This document shows positions 55,237-64,000 of a stretch of DNA of 64,000 bases, in pieces. Where the stretch lies: positions 2,249 to 66,248 of the IMG/VR virus record IMGVR_UViG_3300025617_000001; one strand, written 5' to 3'. The notes beneath the pieces are model-generated. The model worked only from the letters and a program-made list of their open reading frames with translations, had not been told where the DNA came from and did not search any database. Source of the stretch: a virus. Every line of letters starts with the position of its first letter. The first letter of the stretch is position 1. A program made the translations under genes and the position numbers.

Positions 55237-56791
55237 TGAGTCTCTTATTTGAAATTATAGCATCTGCTGAGATTATAGTACTCGCAACACTAACCGCATT
55301 TTTCAAAGCTGTTTTTGTAACAAGTGCCGGATCAATAATACCAGCTTTAATCATATTAACAACGTTACCAGTTGTTACATCTATACCTTTACCTGCGTTA
55401 CCATCAATGCTTGTCATTTCAATACCAGCATTGGCAAGTATAATTTTAAATGGTGCTTTTATCGCTCTCATTAAAGCTTTTTCACCTGCATTATTCCAAG
55501 ATAATCTATTTGACGCGTCAAGCAGTGTGATACCACCACCGGGAACAATACCATCTTGTAAAGCAGCTTTAGTAGCGTAAATCGCATCTTCAACACGATC
55601 TTTCTTTTCTTTTAATTCTACTTTACTGTTAGCACCAACTTTAATTACTCCAACAGAACCTGATAGCATAGCTAATCTTTGTTCTAGTTTTTTCTTTAAA
55701 AACGGGTTTTGTTCGTCTTGCATTTTCTTTTCTACAAGCTCTACACGTTCTTTAGCTAATTCAGATATCTCTTTAACTGTAAGAACAGTGTTTTTAGCAT
55801 CTGTAACAGACTTTAAAGCTTCACCTAATACAGAAGGATCTATAAGATCTAAATCATCTCCTAACTGCTCGTCTATAATAGTAGCTCCAGTTAATAAGGC
55901 TAGGTCTTCAATAGTATCTTTTTTAGTAGAACCAAAACCTGGTAGATCAACAATATTTACTTTAATATTACCTTTAACTTTGTTAGTTAATAATGCTGAG
56001 TAAGGTTGTTGATCAACAGAAGCTACAATAAGTAAACTTCTTTTTTCTTTTATAACATGTTCTAATACAGACTGTATTTTTCTTATATTAGGTATTGGTG
56101 AAGCTACAATAAGTACAAATGGATTTTCAAGCTCTGCTTTTTCACCGTCTTTGTCAGTAGCTAAGTGCTGTGACTTAAGTGGTGAATCAAACTGCACACC
56201 GTCTACAACTTCAAAATAAGTTTGCTCTGACTCTGACTCCTCCATTAATACTACACCGTGCTTGCCTACTTTGATATATGCATCAGCAATAATCTTACCT
56301 AACGCTTTATCGTTGTTTGTAGATATAGTAGCTACGTTTAGTATTTTATTATCTGTTACTTCTTTTTTAACTCCGTCGATGTATTTGATAACCTTTTTAA
56401 GTCCTGAATCAAGACCGTATTGTAGCTCTCTTAAATTAACACCTTCAGATAAAGCTTGTTTAGCTTCTTTTAAAATAGAATAAGCAAGTACGGTAGCTGT
56501 CGTAGTACCATCACCTGCTTCTTTTACCGTGTTTTTTGCCGCTTCTTTAATAAGCGTTGCTCCCATGTTTTCCACAGGGTCGAATAAAACCACTGACTCT
56601 GCAACGGTTACACCGTCTTTAGTGATCACTGGCTTGCCCATAGCATCTTCGTAAATAACACATTTACCCGATGCGCCTAAGGTTGACTGGACAGCCCTTG
56701 CGAGCTGCCCGACACCTTCCATTATTTTAGAACTAGCCACATCACCAAAAGACAGATCTTTTACGATCTCACTTGGTTGATTGTATTCCAT
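55223..56791 (-). CDS. groEL: Chaperonin GroEL
   Basis: ITKDGVTVA; [12 protein letters not shown]; [12 protein letters not shown]...GIVPGGG; GIIDP..VT..AL.NA.S; no GGM tail. Confidence 0.96.
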   Translation of the reverse strand: MEYNQPSEIVKDLSFGDVASSKIMEGVGQLARAVQSTLGASGKCVIYEDAMGKPVITKDGVTVAESVVLFDPVENMGATLIKEAAKNTVKEAGDGTTTATVLAYSILKEAKQALSEGVNLRELQYGLDSGLKKVIKYIDGVKKEVTDNKILNVATISTNNDKALGKIIADAYIKVGKHGVVLMEESESEQTYFEVVDGVQFDSPLKSQHLATDKDGEKAELENPFVLIVASPIPNIRKIQSVLEHVIKEKRSLLIVASVDQQPYSALLTNKVKGNIKVNIVDLPGFGSTKKDTIEDLALLTGATIIDEQLGDDLDLIDPSVLGEALKSVTDAKNTVLTVKEISELAKERVELVEKKMQDEQNPFLKKKLEQRLAMLSGSVGVIKVGANSKVELKEKKDRVEDAIYATKAALQDGIVPGGGITLLDASNRLSWNNAGEKALMRAIKAPFKIILANAGIEMTSIDGNAGKGIDVTTGNVVNMIKAGIIDPALVTKTALKNAVSVASTIISADAIISNKRLNAGD

Positions 56792-56808
56792 TTAATTTAA
56801 TTTAATGA

Positions 56809-57057
56809 TTAAGCTTGTTCTTCCTCGGTAATTTCTTCAAACGATCCGTCTTGGATGTTGATAGATACTTTACCGTACTCGTCTTGTAGAGCTGTTTGTA
56901 ATTTCTGAAGCTCTTCTTGCACTCCTACTAGCTGATGTAGCAGAATATGCTTTTGACCTTCAACGTTACCAATTTGTGCTTGAAGCTGCTGGATAGTTCC
57001 AACTTTCTCTTGCAAGTCTTTTAATTGTTCGTCCTTGATTTTGTTTTCTGTCGACAT
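56809..57057 (-). CDS. Small coiled-coil protein
   Basis: 82 aa; helical hairpin ending YGKVSINIQDGS. Confidence 0.65.
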   Translation of the reverse strand: MSTENKIKDEQLKDLQEKVGTIQQLQAQIGNVEGQKHILLHQLVGVQEELQKLQTALQDEYGKVSINIQDGSFEEITEEEQA

Positions 57058-57106
57058 TGTGATAAAATTTAATATTAATGTTCAGTATTTATATTACATG
57101 CTAATA

Positions 57107-57361
57107 CTAATTATTAATAGTTTCTTGCGTGCTAGCGGTGTATGCATCCACAATTTCTTGTGTCCACACAGCGTTAGCTATATCAACTATTTCTTGAGGC
57201 TGCCCTGTAAGATCAGAGCCTGGAGCTAATACATATCTGTGAAAAGATCTTGTAAGCTCTACGCCATCTTCTTCGATTACTGTAGCCTCACGTACCTGTA
57301 AGTGTTTAAAATCTCCTACGATTTCAATCTTGTCTACTTTTGTTGTTTTTGTTATTGCCAT
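57107..57361 (-). CDS. Tail fibre-associated small protein (assembly chaperone-like)
   Basis: 84 aa immediately after a fibre lacking S74; LQVR...EDG.E..RSFHR. Confidence 0.6.
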   Translation of the reverse strand: MAITKTTKVDKIEIVGDFKHLQVREATVIEEDGVELTRSFHRYVLAPGSDLTGQPQEIVDIANAVWTQEIVDAYTASTQETINN

Positions 57362-57373
57362 TTTTTATCTTTA

Positions 57374-59374
57374 TTAAGCTATTATATAACTAAAGTGTCC
57401 TGTTATATATGCACTATCTACATGTGTTCCTACTGCAAATCCTGTTCTATTTAAATTATAATAAAATACAGGATTTGTACCGCCTCTCAATCCTATTGAA
57501 AAAGTACTATTTCCTGAGTGGTGTAAAGGTGCTTTAATGTATTGGTTATTGCTAGCTGGAGCAAAAGGTAGTCCTCCTAATCTAGCATAATAGTAACCTC
57601 CTGAGTTCATTCCGGTTCCGTATAGATCAAACCATACAGTTACTGTATTTCCTATTTTTTGATAATATCCTTGTTGGTTTACATAACTTATTGTAGGATT
57701 ACCTATGTCAAAATGAAAACCAGGCGTCCAAGTCCCTTCTTCATAATCATCTAATGCATTAGCAGCAGCGGTGTCACCGTTGAAAGTTATACCATTATTT
57801 GAAATACGCATTCTTTCTGAGCCGCCTGTTTCAAATGTAAAGTGACCACCACCAGCTGTAGTAACAAATTTTGTTTTATTAGAGTTTGAAGTATCTGCGT
57901 CTGGATAATTTATTATAGAAAAGTTATTTCCAGTTGTATCTAAAATCAATTCAGAAGTACAACCCACGCTAGAACCAGTGTTATGTATTCTTGTTTTTAC
58001 ACCGCTGCTTGAATTGCTTTCTACGTGTAATTTTTCACTTGGCGATGGCGTTCCAATTCCTACATTACCACTATGTTTAATTCTAAAAGCTTCATAATGA
58101 GTTCCATTATCTCTAACTTTTATAGTGAAAGTTCCATTGCTTAGATTTCCACCTTCTTGTAAAACGCTTAATTGAGCTACACCAGTAGATTGGCCTTCCC
58201 AACCAGTGGCTGATAATACTATGTTAGATGTTTGATTAGAAACACCACTTGAATTATCATTCGCGACTCTTAATTCTCCGTTTCTAAATCCAGTTGTATA
58301 TGTAGAATTACTACTAGAATCAATATGTAGTTTAGAATCCGGGGATGTTTCCCCTATACCAAAATTGCCGCCATTGTTAAAGTATGTGTGTCTTAAAGAA
58401 CCACTTCTTGAATCAATAACTACCGTTTTATTTCCTGATTGGTCATACAACCTCAATAAAGAACCTGCATCAGTTCCAGTTGTTCCGTAATTATCAACTC
58501 TAAATGTTAATTCTTCAGCATTAGGATGTTTTACATAAAGATTTTCAAGAACTTCAAGCTTTGCTGTAGAAGAACTTAAGCCTATTCCTACCTTGCCTAA
58601 ATAATCAATACGCATTTTTTCAACAGCGTCGGCTCCAGTACCGTTTGTATAAAATACTAAATCATGCTCACTATTAGCCGATTGCTGCTCTGCAACTATT
58701 TTAGCTTTTCTTGTGGAATTTCTACCTAACCAAAGTTCAGCGTTATAACCAGTAGTAGGTGAATAAACTCTTAAAAGCTTGTCTGAGTTAGAAGTAGCAG
58801 AACCAATATCTACATTACCTGAAGAATCTATGCGCATTGCTTCTGAATTCGATATACTAAATGATATCAAACTCGGATTAAAAAACGCCATTGTATTTTG
58901 AGAACCATCAAGAAGCTGTATTTGATTCCCGCTACCCGTTTGTAGGTATAAATAAGAGTTAGTGTCTCTTGAGAATATTCTTGCGGTACCTGCTGAAGGT
59001 ATCGACGTATCTTGAAAAGATAAAGCGCCTGTTAACGTTCCACCAGCTAAAGGCAGCTTCGTACCAATAAGGTTAGCGGTCGTTGTTGCGTAGTTAGGGT
59101 CGTCACCTAGTGCAGCAGCTAATTCATTTAACGTATCAAGTGTTACAGGTGCCGAGTCAGTTATTGTAGCAATAATACTCGCGGCTGTATCGTAACCGTT
59201 AGTTGTAAGGTATGTACCTACCCTAGCATCAGTGTAGAATAATTTATCGCCTTCAGATATACTTGTTGTAGTTATACCTGTTAGCTTTGCAGCTGTTACA
59301 GCTCCGTCAGCTAAATTAGTGGCGGTTATTGTCGATGCCGCTATAAGATCACCTGTTACTTTTGTATTAGCCAT
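57374..59374 (-). CDS. Tail fibre protein
   Basis: TLDTLNELAAALGDDPN; repeated MRID..GNVGIG modules; LDDYEEGTWTP C-terminal domain. Confidence 0.85.
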   Translation of the reverse strand: MANTKVTGDLIAASTITATNLADGAVTAAKLTGITTTSISEGDKLFYTDARVGTYLTTNGYDTAASIIATITDSAPVTLDTLNELAAALGDDPNYATTTANLIGTKLPLAGGTLTGALSFQDTSIPSAGTARIFSRDTNSYLYLQTGSGNQIQLLDGSQNTMAFFNPSLISFSISNSEAMRIDSSGNVDIGSATSNSDKLLRVYSPTTGYNAELWLGRNSTRKAKIVAEQQSANSEHDLVFYTNGTGADAVEKMRIDYLGKVGIGLSSSTAKLEVLENLYVKHPNAEELTFRVDNYGTTGTDAGSLLRLYDQSGNKTVVIDSRSGSLRHTYFNNGGNFGIGETSPDSKLHIDSSSNSTYTTGFRNGELRVANDNSSGVSNQTSNIVLSATGWEGQSTGVAQLSVLQEGGNLSNGTFTIKVRDNGTHYEAFRIKHSGNVGIGTPSPSEKLHVESNSSSGVKTRIHNTGSSVGCTSELILDTTGNNFSIINYPDADTSNSNKTKFVTTAGGGHFTFETGGSERMRISNNGITFNGDTAAANALDDYEEGTWTPGFHFDIGNPTISYVNQQGYYQKIGNTVTVWFDLYGTGMNSGGYYYARLGGLPFAPASNNQYIKAPLHHSGNSTFSIGLRGGTNPVFYYNLNRTGFAVGTHVDSAYITGHFSYIIA

Positions 59375-61775
59375 TTAATTGATCCTTTAAATCGTTTATT
59401 TCTTGTTGCTGGCCATCTATAATTTCTTTAAGCTCTTTTATAGCGCCAACTATATAAGGCATAAAATCTTGACCAACTGTTTTGTATCTTGTTCCGTCTT
59501 CTAAAGGATCACCAGCTGTAAATTCTTTAACACATTCTGGTAATACCTGTTCTACTTCTTGCGCAACAAATCCTTTAGAGTTAATTTTCGAACCGTCTTT
59601 AAAGTCAAATGTTCTAGGCCTTAAAGAAGTTATTGTATCTAAGCTGCCAGTAAGATCTTGAATATTCTCTTTTAATCTTTCATCAGAAAGTGATTGTATT
59701 GTTACATCTCTAGCGTAAATTGTACCGTTATACGATACATAAAAATCATATCTATCGTTTAATGTGTTATATACATGGTATGTATTGTAAGGAGATCCTA
59801 ACGAACTGTAAACCGCGCCATCATTAACAGCTTGTATAAAAACACCGTTTGTGTCAACAGAAGTAGTACTTTTACAAAAAGTTATATCGCCATTTGCATG
59901 AATACGCATTCTTTCTGATAACCCGTTAGTCGGAGTTGCTGTATTATAGAATGCTATATGAGAGCCTGCTGAATAAACATCATCATAGATAGTAGCTATT
60001 TTAGCCTGTACTGCAGGACCACCACTTGAAGCATCTTCGCTATAAAATTGAATTTCTGCCCAAGGATTTGTAGTGTCACCTGACCCTGTTGCTGCATTTC
60101 CTAAATCTGTCAATCTTAAAGTTACGGGACTGTCAACCGGTGAAGGATCTGCTCCTGCATTTTTTCCTATATCTAGTAGTGCCTTTGGATTATCTGTGCC
60201 GATTCCTACGTTGCCATTAGACTTGTTAATTAAAAGAACACTACTTGAAGTTCCATAAGAATAAAAATTCAAATTACCAGTAGTATTTAAATTTGTAATC
60301 TGCCAGTCTAAAGTATTGTCCCTTTGAATTAATATACCACCATCACGTCCTTCTTTTTTATTTAGCCATAAATAATAGTTAGCATCAGCATTATTGTTAT
60401 TTAGTTTTATACTACCTCCTTCTACTGATAATCTTTGCGAAGGCGAAGTCGTGCCGATTCCTAGATTACCATTTGTCAGTAACCTTACCTTCTCGCTATT
60501 GTTTGTAGAAAAGATTAATGGGTGGTTTGTTTGTACGTTTAAAACACCTGCGCTTCCTGAAGAATATAATGAAGTTCCAACAGTATTATCACCAGTTGAA
60601 ACCCTTAATAAACCAACACCATTACCACTAACGCCTCTAACTTCAAGCGTTCTAGCGGTTGCGCCATAACTAGTAGGCGAAGTCGTGCCGATTCCTACGT
60701 TGCCTTCTCCCTTTTCAATAATCATTGCTGCGGTATTTACCGAAGATAAAGATTGGAAATCGCCAGTTGAAAATACTATATCCCTATTTCTTGAAGCAAT
60801 TAACGCTTCTCCGTATGCGCCACTACCACTAAAAGAAGTTGATTCACCTATCTGTATTATTGGGCTATCTTCAGCATTATACCTACCTATAAATAAAGCA
60901 GCAGTATTTAAACTACTTTGCTGTATGTTTAATTTACCAGTTGGCGAAGTCGTGCCGATTCCTACGTTGCCAGCAGTATTAAAAGCCATTGAAACTACAT
61001 CGTTACCAACAATAACGCCGCTATTTGTTAATGAACCAATATAAACAGTGTTGTTGCCACCAACCGCTTGCATATACGCTTTAGTACCACTAGCGCCTGA
61101 ATGAAGTTCTAATAAAGCCCTTTGTGAATTAGATCCGCTTGTTGCTTTAATGACTTGATAAGCCATTCCTGATTGAGAATAATGTGGCGCAGCATAAGTA
61201 CCAACTGCCGTATAACCATTAACTTCAAGTTTTGCGCTAGGCGTAGTCGTGCCTATTCCTACATTGCCTGTAAGAATATTGGCCGTGATTATATTATCAA
61301 CCCTAGTAGTGTTATTGTCGTTTAGCGATCGTATTTTGAATACATCACCAGCATTTAACTCTATAGCTATTCTTTCAGCATTTGTACCTCCATCAGCATT
61401 CTGTATCAAAAGCTGAGGTAAAGATGTTGTGTTTATGTGCAGCCCGCCAGTTAATGTTCCACCAGCTAAAGGCAGCTTTCCAGCAATACTATTTGTAACT
61501 GTTGTAGCAAAGTTAGGGTCATCACCAAGGGCTGCAGCAAGCTCATTAAGCGTGTCTAAAGTACTCGGAGCTGATGCTACTAAGTCTGATACCGCTGTGG
61601 TAACAAAACCCTCTGTAGCGTAGCTATTTGTTGTTAGATACGATTGTACTCTTGCGTCTGTATAATACAGAGCCGTCCCCTCACCGATATTGGTAGTGGT
61701 AATGCCGTGGTTAGCTGCTAGGTGATCGACATCGATTACACCGTCAGCTACTAACTTTACTTTAGTTAATGCCAT
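59367..61775 (-). CDS. Tail fibre with S74 chaperone
   Basis: TLDTLNELAAALGDDPNF; five GN(V/L)GIGT repeats; SDERLKENI...GFVAQEVE. Confidence 0.9.
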   Translation of the reverse strand: MALTKVKLVADGVIDVDHLAANHGITTTNIGEGTALYYTDARVQSYLTTNSYATEGFVTTAVSDLVASAPSTLDTLNELAAALGDDPNFATTVTNSIAGKLPLAGGTLTGGLHINTTSLPQLLIQNADGGTNAERIAIELNAGDVFKIRSLNDNNTTRVDNIITANILTGNVGIGTTTPSAKLEVNGYTAVGTYAAPHYSQSGMAYQVIKATSGSNSQRALLELHSGASGTKAYMQAVGGNNTVYIGSLTNSGVIVGNDVVSMAFNTAGNVGIGTTSPTGKLNIQQSSLNTAALFIGRYNAEDSPIIQIGESTSFSGSGAYGEALIASRNRDIVFSTGDFQSLSSVNTAAMIIEKGEGNVGIGTTSPTSYGATARTLEVRGVSGNGVGLLRVSTGDNTVGTSLYSSGSAGVLNVQTNHPLIFSTNNSEKVRLLTNGNLGIGTTSPSQRLSVEGGSIKLNNNNADANYYLWLNKKEGRDGGILIQRDNTLDWQITNLNTTGNLNFYSYGTSSSVLLINKSNGNVGIGTDNPKALLDIGKNAGADPSPVDSPVTLRLTDLGNAATGSGDTTNPWAEIQFYSEDASSGGPAVQAKIATIYDDVYSAGSHIAFYNTATPTNGLSERMRIHANGDITFCKSTTSVDTNGVFIQAVNDGAVYSSLGSPYNTYHVYNTLNDRYDFYVSYNGTIYARDVTIQSLSDERLKENIQDLTGSLDTITSLRPRTFDFKDGSKINSKGFVAQEVEQVLPECVKEFTAGDPLEDGTRYKTVGQDFMPYIVGAIKELKEIIDGQQQEINDLKDQLNG
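60196..61268. repeat. Nucleotide-level repeats at fibre module junctions
   Basis: GGCGAAGTCGTGCCGATTCCTACGTTGCC identical at 60676-60704 and 60943-60971; partial or variant copies at 60196, 60442, 61240. Confidence 0.85.
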
Positions 61776-61782
61776 AGTTTTA

Positions 61783-62124
61783 TTATACTACTGGTTTTGG
61801 TAGTTGTAATGTTACTTTAGTTGGAGCTACTTTTTCTTGAATCTGAGCGTCAAGAGAAGCTTGCATTGATGCAATTCTTTCTTCTCCCATCTTAGCTTCG
61901 ATCCAACCGATAACAACTTCTTCAGTTAGGTTTTCAAAAGCAGTGAACGAATCCGCTGATGGAGCATCTACGCTTTCTACACCGATAATAGAAGCTGTTA
62001 CAGGCTCGTCAGCATCCGAAGTGCCAAAGTAACTCCAGTGTACATTGTAAACTACTTTTTCTAAACCATCTTGGTTAGTGTGGCAGTCTACTGCATTGAT
62101 TTTAAAGTTGTACGTATTAGCCAT
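61783..62124 (-). CDS. Tail fibre-associated small protein, paralog 1
   Basis: VV.NVHW...F..FE.LTEE.VIGWIE. Confidence 0.7.
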   Translation of the reverse strand: MANTYNFKINAVDCHTNQDGLEKVVYNVHWSYFGTSDADEPVTASIIGVESVDAPSADSFTAFENLTEEVVIGWIEAKMGEERIASMQASLDAQIQEKVAPTKVTLQLPKPVV

Positions 62125-62438
62125 TATTGTGCGATATTTAGCGTTACGTGAGTAGGGTTAGCGATAGACTCTAACTTAGCATCAAGTCCTGCTTTAAGAC
62201 TTTCTACATCAAGTTTAGATTCTAACCAAGCCTCTACATCTGCTTGTATGATTTCCTCAAAAGGTTTGAAGTCTTCGCTTGGTGCTTCAAGTCCTACTGA
62301 GCCATATACATCAGCGATATTACCCTCTGCATCTTCTGCTTGGTATCTCCAATGTACACTCTCGATAACATTTGATAGTTCTCCTTCTTGAATCTTAGCG
62401 TGTAATCCTGAGATTACCCATTTGTAAGTGTTAGCCAT
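62124..62438 (-). CDS. Tail fibre-associated small protein, paralog 2
   Basis: MANTY...VIESVHW...FKPFEEI.QADVEAWLE; homologous to 61783-62124. Confidence 0.7.
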   Translation of the reverse strand: MANTYKWVISGLHAKIQEGELSNVIESVHWRYQAEDAEGNIADVYGSVGLEAPSEDFKPFEEIIQADVEAWLESKLDVESLKAGLDAKLESIANPTHVTLNIAQ

Positions 62439-62450
62439 TTTTATAATTTA

Positions 62451-64000
62451 TTAAGCGTTTAATTGTGATTCTAATGCTGCTACCTTAGCAGATAATTCTT
62501 TGATTGCTCCTACTAATAGTGGAACGATTTTAGATTGGTCGATACCTTGATAAATAGGATTTCCTTCTTCATCTACTGCATCTTTTTCACCACTAATAGC
62601 CTCAGGTATTACCTCTGCTACTTCGTGTGCTAAGAAACCATCTACTGTCTTTTCAGGGTCAGCGATAAAGTTAAAGCGAGAAGGTTTAAGAGCATCTACT
62701 CTGTCTAACGCTCCTGTCATCTCTACTACATTTTCTTTTAGTCTGTAGTCAGAAGAAGTGTTGTAAGCGGTTGAAGAACCACTTGTAGCAATAGAACCTA
62801 CTATTCCGTTAGGATTGTAAAATAATATTTCTGTAGCAGTACCTGTAGTACTTGTTGCTAATCTTAGTGTAACCCTATCGTTTGTTGTAGGAATTAAACC
62901 TGCACCATAAACAGAAGTTCCATTAGGAACGCCTTGAGTTCCAAATAAAACATCACCCCCACTCGTTATGCGCATTCTTTCTTCTAACTCAAATACATTG
63001 TCGTCAGTAGAAACTGCATCAGAAGTAGTATGAAAAGCAAGATGTGAACCGTTATCATTACCATCTCCATAAGCAACAATACCTGAAATATACTCTCCGT
63101 TTAAATTTTGGAATCCTATTTGACCTACTGCACCTGTTGTATTTGCATTTGTTCTCTTTAAAGCTAATCTCGCTCCACCACTTGCTTGATTAATAGCTAA
63201 AGTTGAATTGATAGCAGCACCTCCTATCCCTACATTACCTGAAGAGTCTATGCGCATACGCTCTGAAACACCTGATGCACCATCTCTTGTAGAGAAAGAC
63301 ATAAATGAATTTCTATTACCCGAAGCATTCCAAGCCTGCTCTTTTCCTACAATAATGCTCCCTGCATCATTTTGTCCTGCCACATAGCTTCTATAATGAA
63401 GAAATCTAATCTCAGATGTTTCTGTTCCTGTGTCAGAAGTATTAGCATTATCAATTCGCAACGCAACAAAATCAGTAGATGTGTCTGTTAGATGTAGCTT
63501 TGTTTGTGGATTCTGCTCTCCTATCCCTACATTCCCACTTGAGTCGATACGCATACGCTCTGTTCCACCTGCTGATATAGTGATATCATTTCCACTTACA
63601 GTTCCTATATCTAATACGCTTGATGTATTATAAATATATCCCTCTAAAGTTCCTGCTGTTTGAAAAGCAACTTGACCACCACTTGTTCCATTAACAGATA
63701 GTGTGCTATATCCTGCTGCAGCAGTAAGACTCGAAGTACCTATCCCTACATTACCTGAAGAGTCTATGCGCATTCTTTCTGTTATTCCCGTATAGAAGGT
63801 AAGTCCACTTCCTGCTGCACCAATAGCACCTACTTCTGAACCATCCCTGTTTATTGAGATAATTTGACCATCTGTAGTGTTTCTGTTTAGATATAAACTT
63901 CTGTTGCCATCTCGTGATGCTTGAATAGCACCTACTGAACGAACAGAAGCACCTGTATCAGTATTCCCAATTCCAACAATAAGATTCGTTGTGCCAAAAC
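62451..64000 (-). CDS. Tail fibre with S74 chaperone (5' end beyond window)
   Basis: Frame open to the window edge; ERMRIDSSGNVGIG repeats; SDYRLKENV...GFLAHEV. Confidence 0.9.
   Translation of the reverse strand, partial: FGTTNLIVGIGNTDTGASVRSVGAIQASRDGNRSLYLNRNTTDGQIISINRDGSEVGAIGAAGSGLTFYTGITERMRIDSSGNVGIGTSSLTAAAGYSTLSVNGTSGGQVAFQTAGTLEGYIYNTSSVLDIGTVSGNDITISAGGTERMRIDSSGNVGIGEQNPQTKLHLTDTSTDFVALRIDNANTSDTGTETSEIRFLHYRSYVAGQNDAGSIIVGKEQAWNASGNRNSFMSFSTRDGASGVSERMRIDSSGNVGIGGAAINSTLAINQASGGARLALKRTNANTTGAVGQIGFQNLNGEYISGIVAYGDGNDNGSHLAFHTTSDAVSTDDNVFELEERMRITSGGDVLFGTQGVPNGTSVYGAGLIPTTNDRVTLRLATSTTGTATEILFYNPNGIVGSIATSGSSTAYNTSSDYRLKENVVEMTGALDRVDALKPSRFNFIADPEKTVDGFLAHEVAEVIPEAISGEKDAVDEEGNPIYQGIDQSKIVPLLVGAIKELSAKVAALESQLNA

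Noticed and set aside
5142-57099. ATGTAATA (minus strand) at 5142-5149 and 57092-57099 as a late promoter
   Set aside because: Only two well-placed copies of an AT-rich 8-mer, which also occurs inside a + strand gene near 14402; not distinguishable from chance
1664-63633. Numerous antisense or out-of-frame ORFs in the track (e.g. 2789-3205, 17777-18211, 23360-23884, 33896-34420, 51911-52510)
   Set aside because: Fully nested in well-supported genes, with no motifs or plausible start context
57374-64000. Diversity-generating retroelement or invertible shufflon in the fibre genes
   Set aside because: No reverse transcriptase or invertase in the window; repeats are short, direct and not adenine-specifically mutated
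1-64000. Stop-codon reassignment, introns or inteins
   Set aside because: Core genes (terL, portal, capsid, primase-helicase, nrdA/B) are uninterrupted and of normal length in the standard code

Overview
The window covers most of a lytic podovirus-like dsDNA phage genome. Its host is probably an aquatic Bacteroidota (Flavobacteriia); this is inferred from SD-less A-rich AACT-ATG starts, BACON-like and T9SS-CTD-like domains, and an SSB ending DDLPF. Plus strand, 5.6-24.3 kb: about 30 small early genes, then an HTH protein, sigma factor, recombination/SSB genes, T7-type primase-helicase, a dCMP-type thymidylate synthase homologue, MazG-like enzymes, endonuclease I and nrdB/nrdA. No DNA polymerase is visible. 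Minus strand, 64-24.3 kb and 5.1 kb-1: tail fibres, GroEL plus two GroES-like genes, terminase, portal, scaffold, capsid, tail and ejected proteins, and a lysis cassette interrupted by a six-gene envelope module (CsgG-like, cohesin/dockerin-like, beta-barrel). Main observations: (1) 12 copies of a fixed-spacing early promoter-like motif CAGA-N5-TACGA-N9-GATAATA, together with a sigma70 region-2-like segment and an HExxH protease inside the 2112-aa putative ejected virion protein, suggesting an injected-sigma transcription system; (2) the CsgG envelope module; (3) a probable cytosine-modification locus; (4) a repeated DnaA-box-like 10-mer alongside a DnaA domain IV protein; (5) three palindromic operators; (6) a pseudoknotted candidate ncRNA. 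All protein calls come from visual motif recognition, not database searches.
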